A stretch of 64,000 nt of DNA from Mobula hypostoma (Eukaryota). How positions within the stretch are numbered: position 1 is the stretch's first letter; each line of letters starts with the position of its first letter. The notes beneath the pieces are model-generated. The model saw nothing but the letters and a program-made list of their open reading frames with translations, had not been told where the DNA came from and searched no databases. A program made the position numbers and the translations under genes. Location of the stretch: assembly GCF_963921235.1 (NCBI RefSeq), contig NC_086108.1, positions 19,096,001 to 19,160,000 of the forward strand, in the 5' to 3' direction. Shown here piece by piece: positions 1-12,820 of this stretch.

Positions 1-1149
1 ATTTACATTTATGTTTTTCTTGTAAATGCTGCTTATTTGATGCTTTGATTCTGTTGCACCTGTACAATATTTATACTTGTGTACATGATAATAAACTCAA
101 CTTTGGTTTCTGAACCTTTGGTGTTTCCTCACAGGGCAGTCCTTTCATGAACGCAATATGTAGATTCTAACATTGGCAGCATCACAGAATACCCCTCCCA
201 GAGTACAGTGAAAATTTAGATAAACTGATTCATCACATCTGTGATGGTCCATCCTATCATGTGAAAATGCTCCATTTCCATTCTCTTTCATATCTTTCTC
301 AAACTGCCACATGTTTCTTACTGAATTTACTACAACCCCAGTTTGAGGGAGATCACTCACTCCACATACTAAATCCCCAATAAGACAATATTGCTATCTA
401 ATCATACCAAATCTGGGGCTGGTTTCACTCCTCTCAGCACAATCTACAGCATCAGCTGTAACTCAGTTGGTAGCAATCTCACTGTTATCAGTTGTTAGGG
501 GCTTCCATCCTATTCCAGAATCCGAGCAAACACATCTTGTCAAGGACTTGTGACTTCTTAGCAGCTCCAAGGAGGTTTTGATCTCTCAGTGCTTCTGTAT
601 CTTTTCCTGAGCTGTTAAATAAAGGTGCAACTATTCTGAGGAAGAGTAGTTGTCAATAGTGTTGTAGCTGAAATTAATCACATACTGTGCATATTTTCTA
701 GCTTCTACTGCTTCCTTGTTCCTGGCACTTCGGTTACATTAATTCCTACACTATAAGAGTGTTTACTTGACTGCAAACTCTATATCCTCCTAGTTAGCTC
801 TCCCTTCTCTTCCACTTCAAAGATAAGTCTGCAACTCCAGATAGCATATCTATGCTTAGAGTTCCACTTTAGGGTTGGAGCAGTAAATTGTGGGATGAAG
901 TTGTTGCACAGAGACTGTTCTGTATCTGCACTGATGACACATGGCAAGCAATGCCCTCTTGATGCTACCTGCTGATGAAGACAGGAGATAATTGGGACCC
1001 AATTTGCAATTACCGAATCAGCCTGTGATCTCCACCCATTTCTTTCAATGCCAGTTCTCTCCAAAACACTCACCCCCAAAAATATGCCCTTTGTACGCCA
1101 CCCACCCCAGGCTTGATCCTAGTGGGGGTGAGAAGAGCTACTGTTACAC

Positions 1150-1445
1150 AGATCCAGCATCCAGGGTCCAATCCTGACCTCAGGTGCTGCCTGCGTGGAG
1201 TTCGCACTTTCTTCCTATGACTGCTCAAGTTTCCTCCCACATCCAAAGATGTATGAGTTGGCAGATCAATTGGCTATAGTTAATTGTAGGTAGCTGGAAT
1301 AATCTGGGAGGGAGGGCTTGATGGAAATTAGGGAGGAATAAATGGGATTAGTATAGGATGGGGTAAATATAATGAGGTTAGTGTAAATGGGTGTTTGATA
1401 GTGCAGACTCAATTGACTGTTACCTTCATCTATATGTCTCTATGC
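1150..1445 (+). mobile_element. Degenerate tRNA-derived SINE (HE1/V-SINE-like)
   Basis: B-box-like GGGTCCAATCC followed by the gtggagtt...tttcctcccacatccaaagatgt core that recurs at 11925, 14600, 26832 and 47195. Confidence 0.6.
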
Positions 1446-2235
1446 AATCCTCTCATCCCTCTGTCCTGAGTCTTCACTCTTCCTCTGACCTGGCTCTTTG
1501 TGTAGGGTAGGAGCTAAATGCTGGACATTCCAGGTTCAAATTGTGCATCCTTCCCCTATCCACACTTTCAAAATACCTCAACGCTGTCCGGTACTCCTTC
1601 AAATTGTACCTACCTCCCATCAGCCCCGGCTATTGGTCTGCCCGTGAACTCATGCTGACTTTCACAATCCCACTTCCAATTTTCTGCACACCTTATAATT
1701 TGCTGTCATTAGCACTTTTCAGTACTAGTCCCTCAGCCCCTAAAACCACTCCATCCATGTGCATATTGAAAGCAAGAGAAATCCCATCCGATCTTTCCAC
1801 AGAACATCACTCACACATCACAGAACTGTGAGGAACAGCCTGATCCAGCACCTACCAGCAGGAAACAATTCCCCTTCAAGCAGGAGAATTTCTGTTTATT
1901 CTCTCTAATTTTGGACTCAATTAGCAAGTTATAGAAATGCTTCAGCTGTGAAACTCTGAGCAACTGAGTGTCAGAAGAGGAACACCAATCTCTCGACTTC
2001 TGTTAAACGATGGATTTCAACAAGGATTTGGAATCAGTCATATAGCACTGAAACAGTCCCATCAACCCATTGAACCTGTGCCAACCATCAACCATCTAAT
2101 CCTACACCAGTACCATTTTCTTTCATACTCCCCACAATACCCGTTAACTCCACTTAGATTCAACCATTCACACAATGGAGGCAATTTGCAGCTGCCAAAT
2201 AACCTACCAACCCACATGTCTTTGGGATGTGGCGG

Positions 2236-2508
2236 CATCCGACACTGAGGACCCTCACCATCTGGGCCTTCTTTAAATTACTACCAGCAGGGAGGTGGTA
2301 CAGGACCCTTAAGACCCACACTCAATAATTCAGATACAGCTTATTCCCCTCCGCCATCAGATTTCTGAACAGTCCGTGAATGCTATTCATCTTTTGCTCT
2401 ATTCAGTTATTTTGTAATTTATAGTAATTTTATGTCTTTGTATGGTAGTGCAGCCACAAACCAGTAGAATTGACAACATATAAACAGTGATAATAAACCT
2501 GATTCTGA
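2236..2508 (+). mobile_element. 3' end of Rex1/Babar-type LINE
   Basis: ttcccctccgccatcagatttctgaac C-terminal motif and gataataaacctgattctga tail; inverse copy at 9843-10080. Confidence 0.55.
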
Positions 2509-3290
2509 AATGCCAGATGGATTTAATCAGGACAAGTGTAAGGTGTTGCACTTAGGGAAATTAAAAATAAAGGGAAAGCACACAGATAATGGCAGATCCT
2601 TGAACAGCATTGATATACAAAGAGATCTTTGGGTTCAAATCCATAGTTCCCAGAAAGCGGCCTCACAAGTCAATAAGGCGGTAAAGAAGGCATATGGCAT
2701 GCTTGCCTTTATTTGTCCAATCACTAAATTTAAGAGCCAGGAAGTTATGTTGCTGCTTTATAAAACTCTGGTTAGGTTGCCCCATTATAGGAAGGATGTG
2801 AGAGCTAAGGAGAGGGTTTAGAAGAGGTTTAGCAAGATGTTGCCTGGATTAAAGTGCATGAGCTATAAGGAAAGATTAGACAACTTGGGCTGGAATAGTG
2901 GAGGTTGAGGGGAGACCTGACAGAAGTTTAGAAAATTACAAGAGGCATGGATAGAATAGGCAGCCAATATCTTTGTCCCAGGGTCTAAATATTTTATTCT
3001 GGAGGTCATGCATTTAAGGTGAGAGGGAGAAAGTTCAAAGGAGATGTACAGTGCAAAGTTTTTTTTAAACACAGAGTGGTGGGTGCCTTGAATGTGTTGC
3101 CAAGTGAGGTAGATATGATAGAGGCATTTACAAGGATCGGAGAATATCACATGTACATACAAAGAGTGGGGTGATATAGACCCAGTGCAGGCAGGAGGGA
3201 TTAGGTATAATTAGATTAATTAGTTTAACACAATATCATGGGCTGAAGGGCCTGATCCTGTGCTGTATTGTTCTTTGTTCTGTGTTCTTT
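2509..3290 (+). mobile_element. CR1 LINE 3' fragment, degraded
   Basis: ORF 2510-2821 FNQDKCKVLHLG...AYGMLAFI...LYKTLVR; CR1-type 3' UTR ending gggctgaagggcctg...tgttct. Confidence 0.85.
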
Positions 3291-4712
3291 AAGACTATTA
3301 TTATGATTATTGGTGACTGTACCAATTTCTTTCTATATCTGTCCCTTCTCTGCTCCTTCCCCAAGGAAATAGCTCTTTATGGAGATCAGCAGCGCTCTGA
3401 AACCTCAGCTTCATTGTCAACATGCATTGGCAGGTCTCTCTGACTGTGCATGCCGCCAGGTTGAGCACAGCTCATCTCTGTCAGAGAATAACACACACCC
3501 TCTTCATCAGCAGTGACTAGATGACTAGGATGGACAAACCTTTTCCCTCCTCTACCAAAGAAAGGGAGGGCAGCTGTAGAATTGGACCTGCTGTTTGGGG
3601 ATGGACTGAGTGATGAACAGGACTCAGTCTGAAACCAAACAGTTTCACTGTAGTCCCTCTGTTCTTTGCAACAATGCACAAACCACATAGACCTTGGGAT
3701 GATACATTACACATGTCAAGGATCCCATTAGACACAATATTTTAATGGTCTGTCACTGCCAGGATATATAATTATCTCCAGTCATTCAGCAATTATATCA
3801 TCACACCAGGTCTGACCTTGCAAATATCATCAACATTTCTGCTGTAAATTCAGGGCATTTCCGGTAATAACAAGCTCACTAACCTCACACTGTAACTCCT
3901 ACTAAAGGCGTACATTAAATGAGCATCATAATGTAAATTCCTGCAATAACAAGCTCTCAAGTAAACTCCTGGTACAGTCATGAAACATTGCAAAGTAATT
4001 ATTTTTAGCCCATAGATTCATAATACAGGTAGGGAGTGGTTTCACTTCCATACAAGAACTGTGTAAATTTGTGATAGTGTTCCATGCAATTATTCACTAA
4101 TTCCACAAATGCAACAGTCCTCTTTCCGTGACTGCTTGAATAAAATGCTCTTTTCTACCAATATTACCATTATGTTGTGTGGTAAAATAATTTTTACAAG
4201 ATCCTGATGGGACTGAAAAGACAGCTCTGTGAGCCAACATACAGTAGATGTGTGGGGAACACCAATAATAATATGCAAATTCACTAAAAATCTGAGTGTA
4301 AATTCTTGCTGCCATTCTTTCCAAAATACTCAGTGATTTCTGTCTTAGGTCTAGTATTCCACTGGAAAGGCTTTCCAGTATCACATCATTGCCCTGTATA
4401 TATTCATCCCTGATGTGAGTGTAAATTCATGGTCGATCTATGTAAAATTCTCACTCATGTTGCAGTGTAAATTAGTAGTGCACTTCAATGTACAAACCCC
4501 ATTTCCAGAAAAGTTGGGATATTTTCCAAAATACAATAAAAACAAAAATCTGTGATATGTTAATTCATGTGAACCTTTATTTAACTGACAAAAGTACAAA
4601 GAAAAGATTTTCAATAGTTTTACTGACCAACTTAATTGTATTTTGTAAACATACACAAATTTAGAATTTGATGGCTGCAACACACTCAACAAAAGTTGGG
4701 ACAGAGGCATGT

Positions 4713-6764
4713 TTACCATTGTGTTACATCACCTTTCCTTTTAGGGTACGTCCACACTAAGCTGGATAATTTTGAAAACAAAGCTGTTTTCTCTTCGTTT
4801 TGACCTTCTGTCCACACTGAAACGGCGTTTTCATCCCCCGAAAACGGAGATTTTCAGAAACGATCTCTGGAGTGAATAAATCTGAAAACGCCTAATATCC
4901 GTTGTAGTGTGTACGGGGTAACCGGAGAGATTTAAAAACGCTGTCATGACAACACCACAACAACAATGCTTTTTCTGCTTCTGCTTGGTACTGTGCAAGC
5001 TGTTATAACGCACAGTCAGTGCGAACGGCGAGAGTTAAACTGTAAAGTGAGCTTTCTCGACTATTTAAAAACGCTGTCATGACGTGCCGGAACAGATAGC
5101 CGCAGCGCGGCATTTCGTTGTCTTCTTGAACGCAACCACCTAACAATTTCAGAACAGACGGCAACGAGACTGAAGCCAGAAGGGTTGGAAATGTACTCAC
5201 CAAATACTTTGACCCATAGCTTACTGAATAAATAAGTATACTCACTTTGCCCTGTTTTCTGTCCTTGCTTGTATGAAGGTGGTTCACCTATTTATACAAG
5301 TACTTCTCTGACAATAGATGTGTAACAGCCTAATGTAACATTGTATGGAAATACAAGATAACACTGATGCAGACGTTTTATACATTTAACAAGGTGCTTT
5401 AATTAATGCAACAGAGTTAGTCAGTTTTTCAATGTTCATCGTCAGCTGGGTCATACTATCCGTGAACTCCCTGTCGGCTGCCTCCATACGCTCCAGTATT
5501 TGTTTTTTTTTAGTTTTAAGTACTCCTGCGCAAGAGCCAAGAGCAAGTCCTTTTAAGTTTTTCTACTCTGTAGCTGGACAAACACGCACCAAGTATACCG
5601 TTTCCTCTTCACTTGTTTTCTGTGTGTCCTGTGCATGTCCAGTAGAGGACATTCGCCCAAATATCCATCTAATGTGGACGGAGATATTTTGCAAAACACT
5701 TAGTGGGGATGCCTGTCGTTTTTACTCGAAACCGGCGTTTTCAAAATTATCCGGCGTAGTGTGGACATAGCCTGAATAACACTATTTAATCGTTTTGGAA
5801 CTGAGGATACTAATTGTAGTAGATTTGCAACTGGAAATTTTGTCCATTCCTGCTTGATATAAGACCTCAGCTGCTCAACAGTCCATGGTATCCGTTGTCT
5901 GATTCTCCTCTTCATGATGCACCATACATTTTCAATAGGAGATAGATCTGGACTGGCAGCAGGCCAGTCAAGCACACGCACTCTGTGTCTACAAAGCCAC
6001 GCTGTTGTAGCCCGGCAGAATGTGGTCTGGCATTGTCCAGCTGAAATAAGCATGGACGTCCCGGGAAGAGATGTCGCCTTGATGGCAACATATGTCTCTC
6101 TAAAATCCTAATATACGCCTCAGAGTCAATGGTACCTTCACATACATGCAACTCACCCATGCCATGGGCACTGATGCACCCCCATACCATCACAGATGCT
6201 AGCTTTTGCACCTTTCGCTGATAACAATCTGGATGGTCGTTTTCATCTTTGGCACGGAGAACTCAACGCCCGTTTATTCTGAAAACTAGCTGAAATGTGG
6301 ACTCATCTGACCACAGCACACGGTTCCATAGTCTTTCGGTCCATCTAAGATGAGCTCGGGTCCAGCGAACTCGTCGGCGTTTCTGCAGAGTTGATGTATG
6401 GCTTCCTCCGTGCATAATACAGTTTCAAGTTGCATTTCTGGATGCAGCGATGGACTGTGCTGAGTGACAATGGTTTTCCGAAGTACTCCCGAGCCCAGGC
6501 GGCTATAATTGTCACAGTAGCATGACGGCTTCTTAGGCAGTGCCGCCTGAGGGCTCGAAGATCACGCATATTCAACAGTGGTTTCCAACCTTCCCCTTTA
6601 CGCACTGAGATGTCTCTGAATACTCTGAATCTTTTCACAATATTATGTACTGTAGATGTTGAAAGACCTAAATTATCTGCAATCTTGCATTGAGAAATGT
6701 TCCTTTTGAACTGACTAACAATTCTCTCACGAATTTTGGCACAAGGGGGTGGGCCACAACCCAT
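4713..6764 (-). pseudogene. Tc1 transposase pseudogene (frameshifted, interrupted by a Harbinger MITE)
   Basis: HTH (IADNLGLSTSTVHNIVKRF), VLWSDE, VMVWGCIS, FQLDNARPH, WPAASPDLSPIENVW; C-terminus KRKGDVTQW* resumes at 4743-4713 beyond the MITE. Confidence 0.9.
4744..5772. mobile_element. Non-autonomous PIF/Harbinger-type element (MITE)
   Basis: 36 bp TIRs gggtacgtccacactaagctggataattttgaaaac / gttttcaaaattatccggcgtagtgtggacatagcc; 3 bp flanks TTA/TGA; removing it restores the Tc1 reading frame. Confidence 0.85.
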
Positions 6765-6942
6765 CCTTGCTTGCAAAGACTGAGCCTTTGATGGATGCTA
6801 CTTTTATACCCAGTCATGATTCCTCACCTGCTACCAATTAGCCTGCTTAATGTGGAGTCTTCCAAACCGGTGTTACTTGAATATTCTGTGCACTTTTCAA
6901 TCTTATTTTAACTCCGTCCCAACTTTTGTTGAGTGTGTTGCA

Positions 6943-9075
6943 TTAGGGTGGGCAACCTGTCAGTGTTGTGGCTCGATCTGGCAAATGCATATGGCTCCAT
7001 TCCGCACAAGCTGGTGCAGCTCACACTGACCAAATATCATGTCCCCAACAGAATCAGAGACCTTATCGCTGATTATTATAGCAATTTCAGGATGAGGGTC
7101 TCTTCAGGAGCAATTACATCAACCTGGCACAAGGTGGAGATCGGCATCATCACAGGGTGCACTATCTCAGTGACACTGTTCTCCCTAGCCATGAACATGC
7201 TCACTAAGTCTGCTGAACCAGAGTGCAGAGGGCCCAGAATGAATTCCGCTCAACGGAAACCACCTATCAGGGCATTCATGGATGACCTCACAGTACCAAC
7301 AGAATCAGTCCCAGGCTGCCGGAGGATTCTGCAAGGGCTCGAAAAGCTGGTGGCGTGGGCCCAGATGCGTTTCAAACCTGCCAAATCAAGCTCGATGGTG
7401 CTGAGGAAAGGGAAGGTGGAGAACAAGTTCCGGTTCAGCATCGCGGCACAGCCATCCCAACCATCACAGAAAAGCCAGTCAAGAGCTTAGGCAAAATTTT
7501 TGACAGCTCTTTAAGGGACACAACATCCATCCAGGCAACCTGCACCGAGTTGGATGGCTGGCTGAAATCTGTGGACAAGTCTGGCCTACCTGGGAAGTTT
7601 AAAGCCTGGGTATATCAGCATGGCATTCTTCCCAGAATCCTGTGGCCCCTCCTCGTCTATGCAGTTCCAATCTCGACAGTCGAAACCTTAGAGAGGAGGG
7701 TTAGCAACCACCTCAGGAGATGGCTGGGGCTGCCAAAGAGCCTGAGCAGCATCGCACTCTATGGACACCACAACAAACTGCAACTGCCCTTCAAATCCTT
7801 GGAGGAAGAATTCAAGGTAACAAGAGCCAGAGAAGTGCTACAGTATAGGGACTTAAGTGACCCAAAGGTGGCTAGAGCAGGGATCCAAGTAAGTACTGGC
7901 AGGAAGTGGAGGGCAGAGGAAGCTGTTCAGGAGGCAGAGGCGAGGCTACGTCACAGGAGGCTGGTGGGAGTGGTCACACGAGGCCGAGCTGGGCTAGGAT
8001 CCTTTCCAACTCCCCAAATGGACACCAGAGGGAAGGAAAGGCGTCGTCTAGTTCAGGAGGAGGTGAGAGCAGTAGTGGAGGAGATGAGAGCCTGCAAGGT
8101 GGTGGGAATGAAGCAACAGGGAGCTTGGACAAGATGGGAGAATGCGGTTGAGAAGAAAGAGACCTGGGCTGATCTTTGGAAAGCCGAACCACACCGCACC
8201 CAATTTCTCATCCAGGCAGTGTACAATGTGCTTCCAAGCCCATCAAACCTGCACACATGGGGCAAGGCAGAGTGCCCACTGTGCTCCAAGCGAGGAACTC
8301 TGGAGCACATCCTCAGTGGCTGTGCAAGGGCACTTGGTGAGGGACAGTACAGGTGGAGGCATGATCAGGTCCTGAAGACCATCGCTGAAGCTGTCAGTAT
8401 AGGCGTTGAGTGGGTGAAGCAGTCCCGACCCTCCAAGCAGACCATTGCCTTTGTCAGAGCTGGGGAGCAGCCAATACCTGCCAAAGGAACATCTGCAGGC
8501 ATTCTGATCTCTGCAAGGGACTGGCAGCTGTTGGTGGACCTCTCAGGGCAGCTGAAGTTCCCCAACCATATCGTAGCCACCACCCTGCGACCAGACATTG
8601 TCCTAGTGTCTGAGTCTACTAAGCAAGTGGTGCTGCTGGAGCTGACAGTCCCATGGGAAGATAGCTTGGAGGAGGCCTTTGAAAGGAAGCTCTCCAAATA
8701 CGCAGGACTGGTCAGCAACTGTCAGCAGGCTGGATGGAGAGTGAGGTGCCTCCCAGTGGAGGTTGGTTGTAGGGGATTCATAGCCCGTTCTTTAGTTAGA
8801 GCCTTCAGCATTTTGGGCATCGAGGGAGAGAGGAAGAAGAGAGCCATCCGCAGTACCACCAATAAGGCAGAGAGGGCCTCAAGATAGCTGTGGCTCAAAA
8901 GAGGGGAGCCATGGAGTCATAAGTAGCTAGCCATCTGGACACAAGCTGGGGTCTGATCAGCCCCGGCTGGGTCACCTGGAGGAGGGTGTATGATGTTGAA
9001 AGACCCGAAACACCCGATGATTCCAGGAACATCACTGAAGATGTGTCCAGAAGCATCAATAGATGTATGTACACA
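6943..9075 (+). mobile_element. 5'-truncated R2-group (Hero-like) non-LTR retrotransposon
   Basis: Inserted inside the right Tc1 TIR with GCA repeated at 6940-6942 and 9076-9078; RT plus restriction-like endonuclease ORF and structured 3' UTR. Confidence 0.88.
6950..8926 (+). pseudogene. RT-CCHC-RLE polyprotein remnant
   Basis: WLDLANAYGSIPH, GIITGCTIS, AFMDDL (RT); CPLCSKRGTLEHILSGC, RHDQVL, RPDIVL, ELTVPWE (RLE). One frameshift near 7440 and a premature TAG at 8885-8887; likely natural stop 8924-8926. Confidence 0.88.
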
Positions 9076-9842
9076 GCAGCCACCAAATTCTAAATTTGTG
9101 TATATTTACAAAATACAATTAAGTTGGTCAGTAAAACTATTGAAAATCTTTTCTTTGCACTTTGGTCAGTTAAATAAATGTTCACATGAATATCACAGAT
9201 ATTTGTTCTTATTGCATTTTGGAAAATATCCCAACTTTTCTGGAAATAGGGTTTGTAAATGCTGGAGGTTCTGTGCTACCTCTCCACTGTTATCCTATGA
9301 GAATCCTGTACCAATTATTCACTCACATCACAAGACAAATTCCAAATGGAATCCAGAGCAAGCTCTTTCTGCTATGACTCTTTGCAAGTTATTCACCAAT
9401 ATGTATACAAATTCCTAGTGATGGCTTAAGTCAAATGAGCATTGAAAGAAAATTCTATTGTACAGAGTGACTTTCTGATCCTTACCAGGATATCCCAAAG
9501 CACTTGCAGACCAGTGAAGTATTTTGGAAATGCAACGGTTATTGTAACGGTAACATATTTGCACATAGTAATTCCCAGATACACGGCGGAGGAGACAAAA
9601 TTTGTGCAATACTGATACATGTTGGCTGAAACAGCAAGGAACACTCCTGTACTTCAAGATAGTGCTTCAAGATCTTTTAACTCAAAAGGAAATATAGTAC
9701 AGAAGTAGACTTTTTGACCCACCATTTCTGCACCAACCATTTATAGCAATCCTACATTTACCTCATTTCACAGTTCACAGTTACAGTAATTCAGTTAACA
9801 AAATCACCGACCACAGCCATCCCAGATATTATCTCTTCTCAG

Positions 9843-11345
9843 AATCAGGTTCATTATCACGAATAGATTTTGGGAAACTTGTAAAAATTGTTGGTTTGCA
9901 GCAGAAGGGCAGAGCAAGGCTTACAAATTACTGTAAGTTACAAAATAAGTGAATAGTGCAAAAGACAAATACTGAGCTGGTGTTCATAGACCATTCAGAA
10001 ATCTGATGGCGGAGGGAGGGATGCTGCTCCTAAAACATTGAGCATGGGTTTTCAGAGTCCTGTACCTCCTCCCCAATGGTAATAACATAAAGAGGGCATT
10101 TACAAATGGATGCAGCCTTCTTGAAGCACTGCTCTTGAACATGTTCTTGATGGAAGGGAGGGCTGTTCCCATGATGGAGATGGCTGAGTTGTCAACCCTC
10201 CACAGCCTCTTGTGATCCTGTGTATTGGATGGTCCATAACAGGCTGTGATAGAAACAGTCAGAATGCACATCTGTAGAAATTTGCAAGAGTCTGTGTTGA
10301 TGTACCATAGCTCCTCAAACACCTAATGAAGTAGGTATGCCATTGCTGTGCCCTCTTCACGATCACATTTTTGTGTTGGGCCCAGGACAGATCATTGGAG
10401 ATGTTGGCACCCAGGAAATTAAATCTGCACACCCATTCCACCACTGGCCACTCAATGAGGACTAGTGAGTGTTCCCTCAGCTTCCCCTTCCTGACGTCCA
10501 CAATCAATTCCTCGGTCTTACTGACACAAGGTTATTGTTGCGACACCACTCAACCAGCCAATCTATCTCACTTCTGCACACCTCCTCATCACCAGCTGAG
10601 ATACTACCAATAAGATTGTTGTTAACAGCAAATTTATAGATGGTACTTAAACCGTGCCTAGCCAAACAGTCATGAGTGTAGAGACAGTAGAGCAGTGGGC
10701 TAAGTACGCATCCTTGAGGTATGCCTGTCTTCCTGATGGGGAAGGTGAGGATCCAGTTGCAGAGGGGGGTACAGAGGCTCAGGTTTTGAAGCTTGTTGAG
10801 CTTCAAAATGGACAGCCAGTGAAACTGCATCCGCTGTAGGCCTTTTGAGGTGATAAGCAAACTGCAGTGGGTCCAGGTGCTTGCTCAGTCAGGAGTTAAT
10901 TCTAGCCATGATCATACTCGCAAAGCATTTTATCAAAGTAGATGTTAGTGGTATCAGGCAATAGTTGTAGGCACAGCTCACCCTGCCCTTCCTGGGCACT
11001 GGTGTAATTGATGCCCTTTTGGGACAGATGGGAACCTCAGACTGCAGCAATGAGAGATTGAAGAGGTCCTTGAATGCTCCGGCCAGTTGTTTGGTACAGA
11101 TTTTCAGATAGTACCAGGTACACCATTGGAGCCTGACGCCTCTTGAAGGATGTTCTGAAAATGGCCGTTAAGATAGAGATCACAGGATCACTGGATGCTG
11201 TGCAGTGTCACAGAGGTGTAGTGTTATTCTCCCTTGCAAAGCATGCACGTAAGGCAACAGGCTCGTTGGAGAGTGAAGTGTCACTGCCATTTATGCTGCA
11301 AGGGTTTCACCTCATAGTAGATAATGGAACACAAACCCCAACAAC
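9843..11345 (-). mobile_element. Rex1/Babar-type LINE fragment, degraded
   Basis: GIPQGCVLSPLLYCLYTHDC...IYKFA, FNFLGANISNDLSW, PSAIRFLN; tail at 9843. Confidence 0.8.
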
Positions 11346-11399
11346 TTCTCTGTGAAGCAACAATGCCTGATGTCCCTCTGGTACTGTAGGTATTTAATT

Positions 11400-11710
11400 T
11401 TATTCCTTTTCCATCAGGCATGAAATACAAAAGCCAAAAGCATGTGCCCCAGGCTCAAGCACAGCTTCTATCCCACTTTATAAGACTACAGACTAGGCAC
11501 CTCATACAATAAGATGGATTCTTGACCAAACAATCTACCTCAATATGGCCTGACTTCACTGCATTGAACTGTAACGCTTCATTCTGCATTCTGCCATTGT
11601 TTTCCCTTGTTCTACTTCAATGCACCATTCTGATAAAATTATCTGTACAAATGGCATGCAGGTAAAGCTCTCACTGTACCTCAGTACAAGTGACAATAAT
11701 AAACTATTTT
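11400..11710 (+). mobile_element. Rex1-type 3' tail remnant
   Basis: aggctcaagcacagcttctatccc...tcactgtacctcagtacaagtgacaataataaac; inverse relative at 22430-22775. Confidence 0.5.
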
Positions 11711-11924
11711 TATCAGTTTTGTGGTAAATTGTCCTGTGATTAGGTTAGGGTTAATCAGGTTTGCTGGGGGTTGCTGGGGCAGCGTGGCTTGAAGGCCCGG
11801 AAGGACCTACTCCACACTGTATCACACACAAAAAAAAACATAAACCACAGGCAAAAGTGATAAAAGTGATACTGAGTGGGGTCCTGGAAGAGTGTCATAG
11901 AAGTTTCACCTTAATGTCTAACCT

Positions 11925-12235
11925 GGGTGCGTAGTTAGTGTTGCTACCTCTCAGCTCCAGTGACTCCAGTTCAATCCTGACCTCAGTTGCTGTGGCATGT
12001 GAATTTTGCATGTTCTCCCTGTGATCATGTGGGCTTCCCTTGGGAAGTCTGGTTGCCTCCCACATCACAAAGATATAATGCTAAGTTAACTGGTTATGCA
12101 AATTACCCCAGCGCAGGTGGATGGTAGGAGAATAGTGGAGAGTTGAGGGGTGGTGAAAGTAGAGGTAACAGAGCAATAAGTGGAAGAATAGGATTAATGT
12201 CATTGACTTGATGGGCTGAATACCTTTCTTCTGTA
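11925..12235 (+). mobile_element. HE1/V-SINE-like SINE
   Basis: gttcaatcctgacctc B-box region, ttgcatgttctccctgtg...cctcccacatc core, gatgggctgaa tail. Confidence 0.6.
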
Positions 12236-12399
12236 AGGAAATCTGAGAATATGACAATAATATTGAATTGTGTAAAGCACAAGATGAGATCTATGCAGAA
12301 TACTTACTTAAGTGCGAAATTCTGGAAATCGTTGCTCTTCTAGAAACATACAGGTCTAATTAAGCCATTTCCTTCTGGTCAAATACTGAGTCCTGCAGC

Positions 12400-12690
12400 A
12401 ATACAGCATGGATACAGACCCTGCAGCCCATCCAGTCCATGTCAACGTGGCTGGTCCCAATTTCCTGTGTCCAGCCCATATCTCTCTAAATGTTTCCCAT
12501 CCATGTACCCATCCAAGTGCTTCTTAAACAATGCACTTGTACCACTTCCTCTAGCAGTTTGTTCCATGCACTCACCATCTTCTGCACAAAAACATTGCCC
12601 CTCAGGTCCCTTTTAAATCTTTCTCCTATCATGCTAAACCTATGCCCCCTAGTTTTGGACTCCCCTATCTTGGGGAAAAGAATGTTGTAT
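12400..12690 (-). mobile_element. CR1 3' tail fragment
   Basis: accacttcctctagcagtttgttccatgcactcacc...ttttaaatctttctcct, inverse CR1 C-terminus and 3' UTR. Confidence 0.65.
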
Positions 12691-12751
12691 TACACACTCT
12701 CGTGCCATACCATTCATAGCATAGGTCCAATGCTGTTTTGAATTTTCTCAG

Positions 12752-12820
12752 TACATAGAGAGAGGAAGCATCAAGAAAGCCCTTGCCTACCAAAGAGTTG
12801 ATGGACCAGTATATACTATG
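12752..12820 (+). CDS. Candidate 69-nt internal coding exon (YIERGSIKKALAYQRVDGPVYTM), gene unidentified
   Basis: ttttctcAG acceptor, ATG|GTACGC donor, phase 0/0, only one open frame, unique sequence; no homology recognised. Confidence 0.3.

Larger units (their letters stand above)
4493..9255 (-). mobile_element. Tc1-family DNA transposon with long IR/DR-type TIRs, carrying two nested insertions
   Basis: TA flanks at 4491-4492 and 9256-9257; ~210 bp TIR caaaccccatttccagaaaagttggga...aaaagttgggac mirrored at 6916-6942 plus 9076-9255; transposase on minus strand. Confidence 0.93.

Noticed and set aside
6943..6948. TTAGGG at the 5' junction of the Hero-like element (telomerase healing?)
   Set aside because: A single hexamer is expected by chance; no tandem copies.
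8984..9015. Hammerhead-like TGATG...GAAAC in the Hero 3' UTR
   Set aside because: Lacks a CUGANGA core correctly placed before stem II; reported only as a structured UTR.
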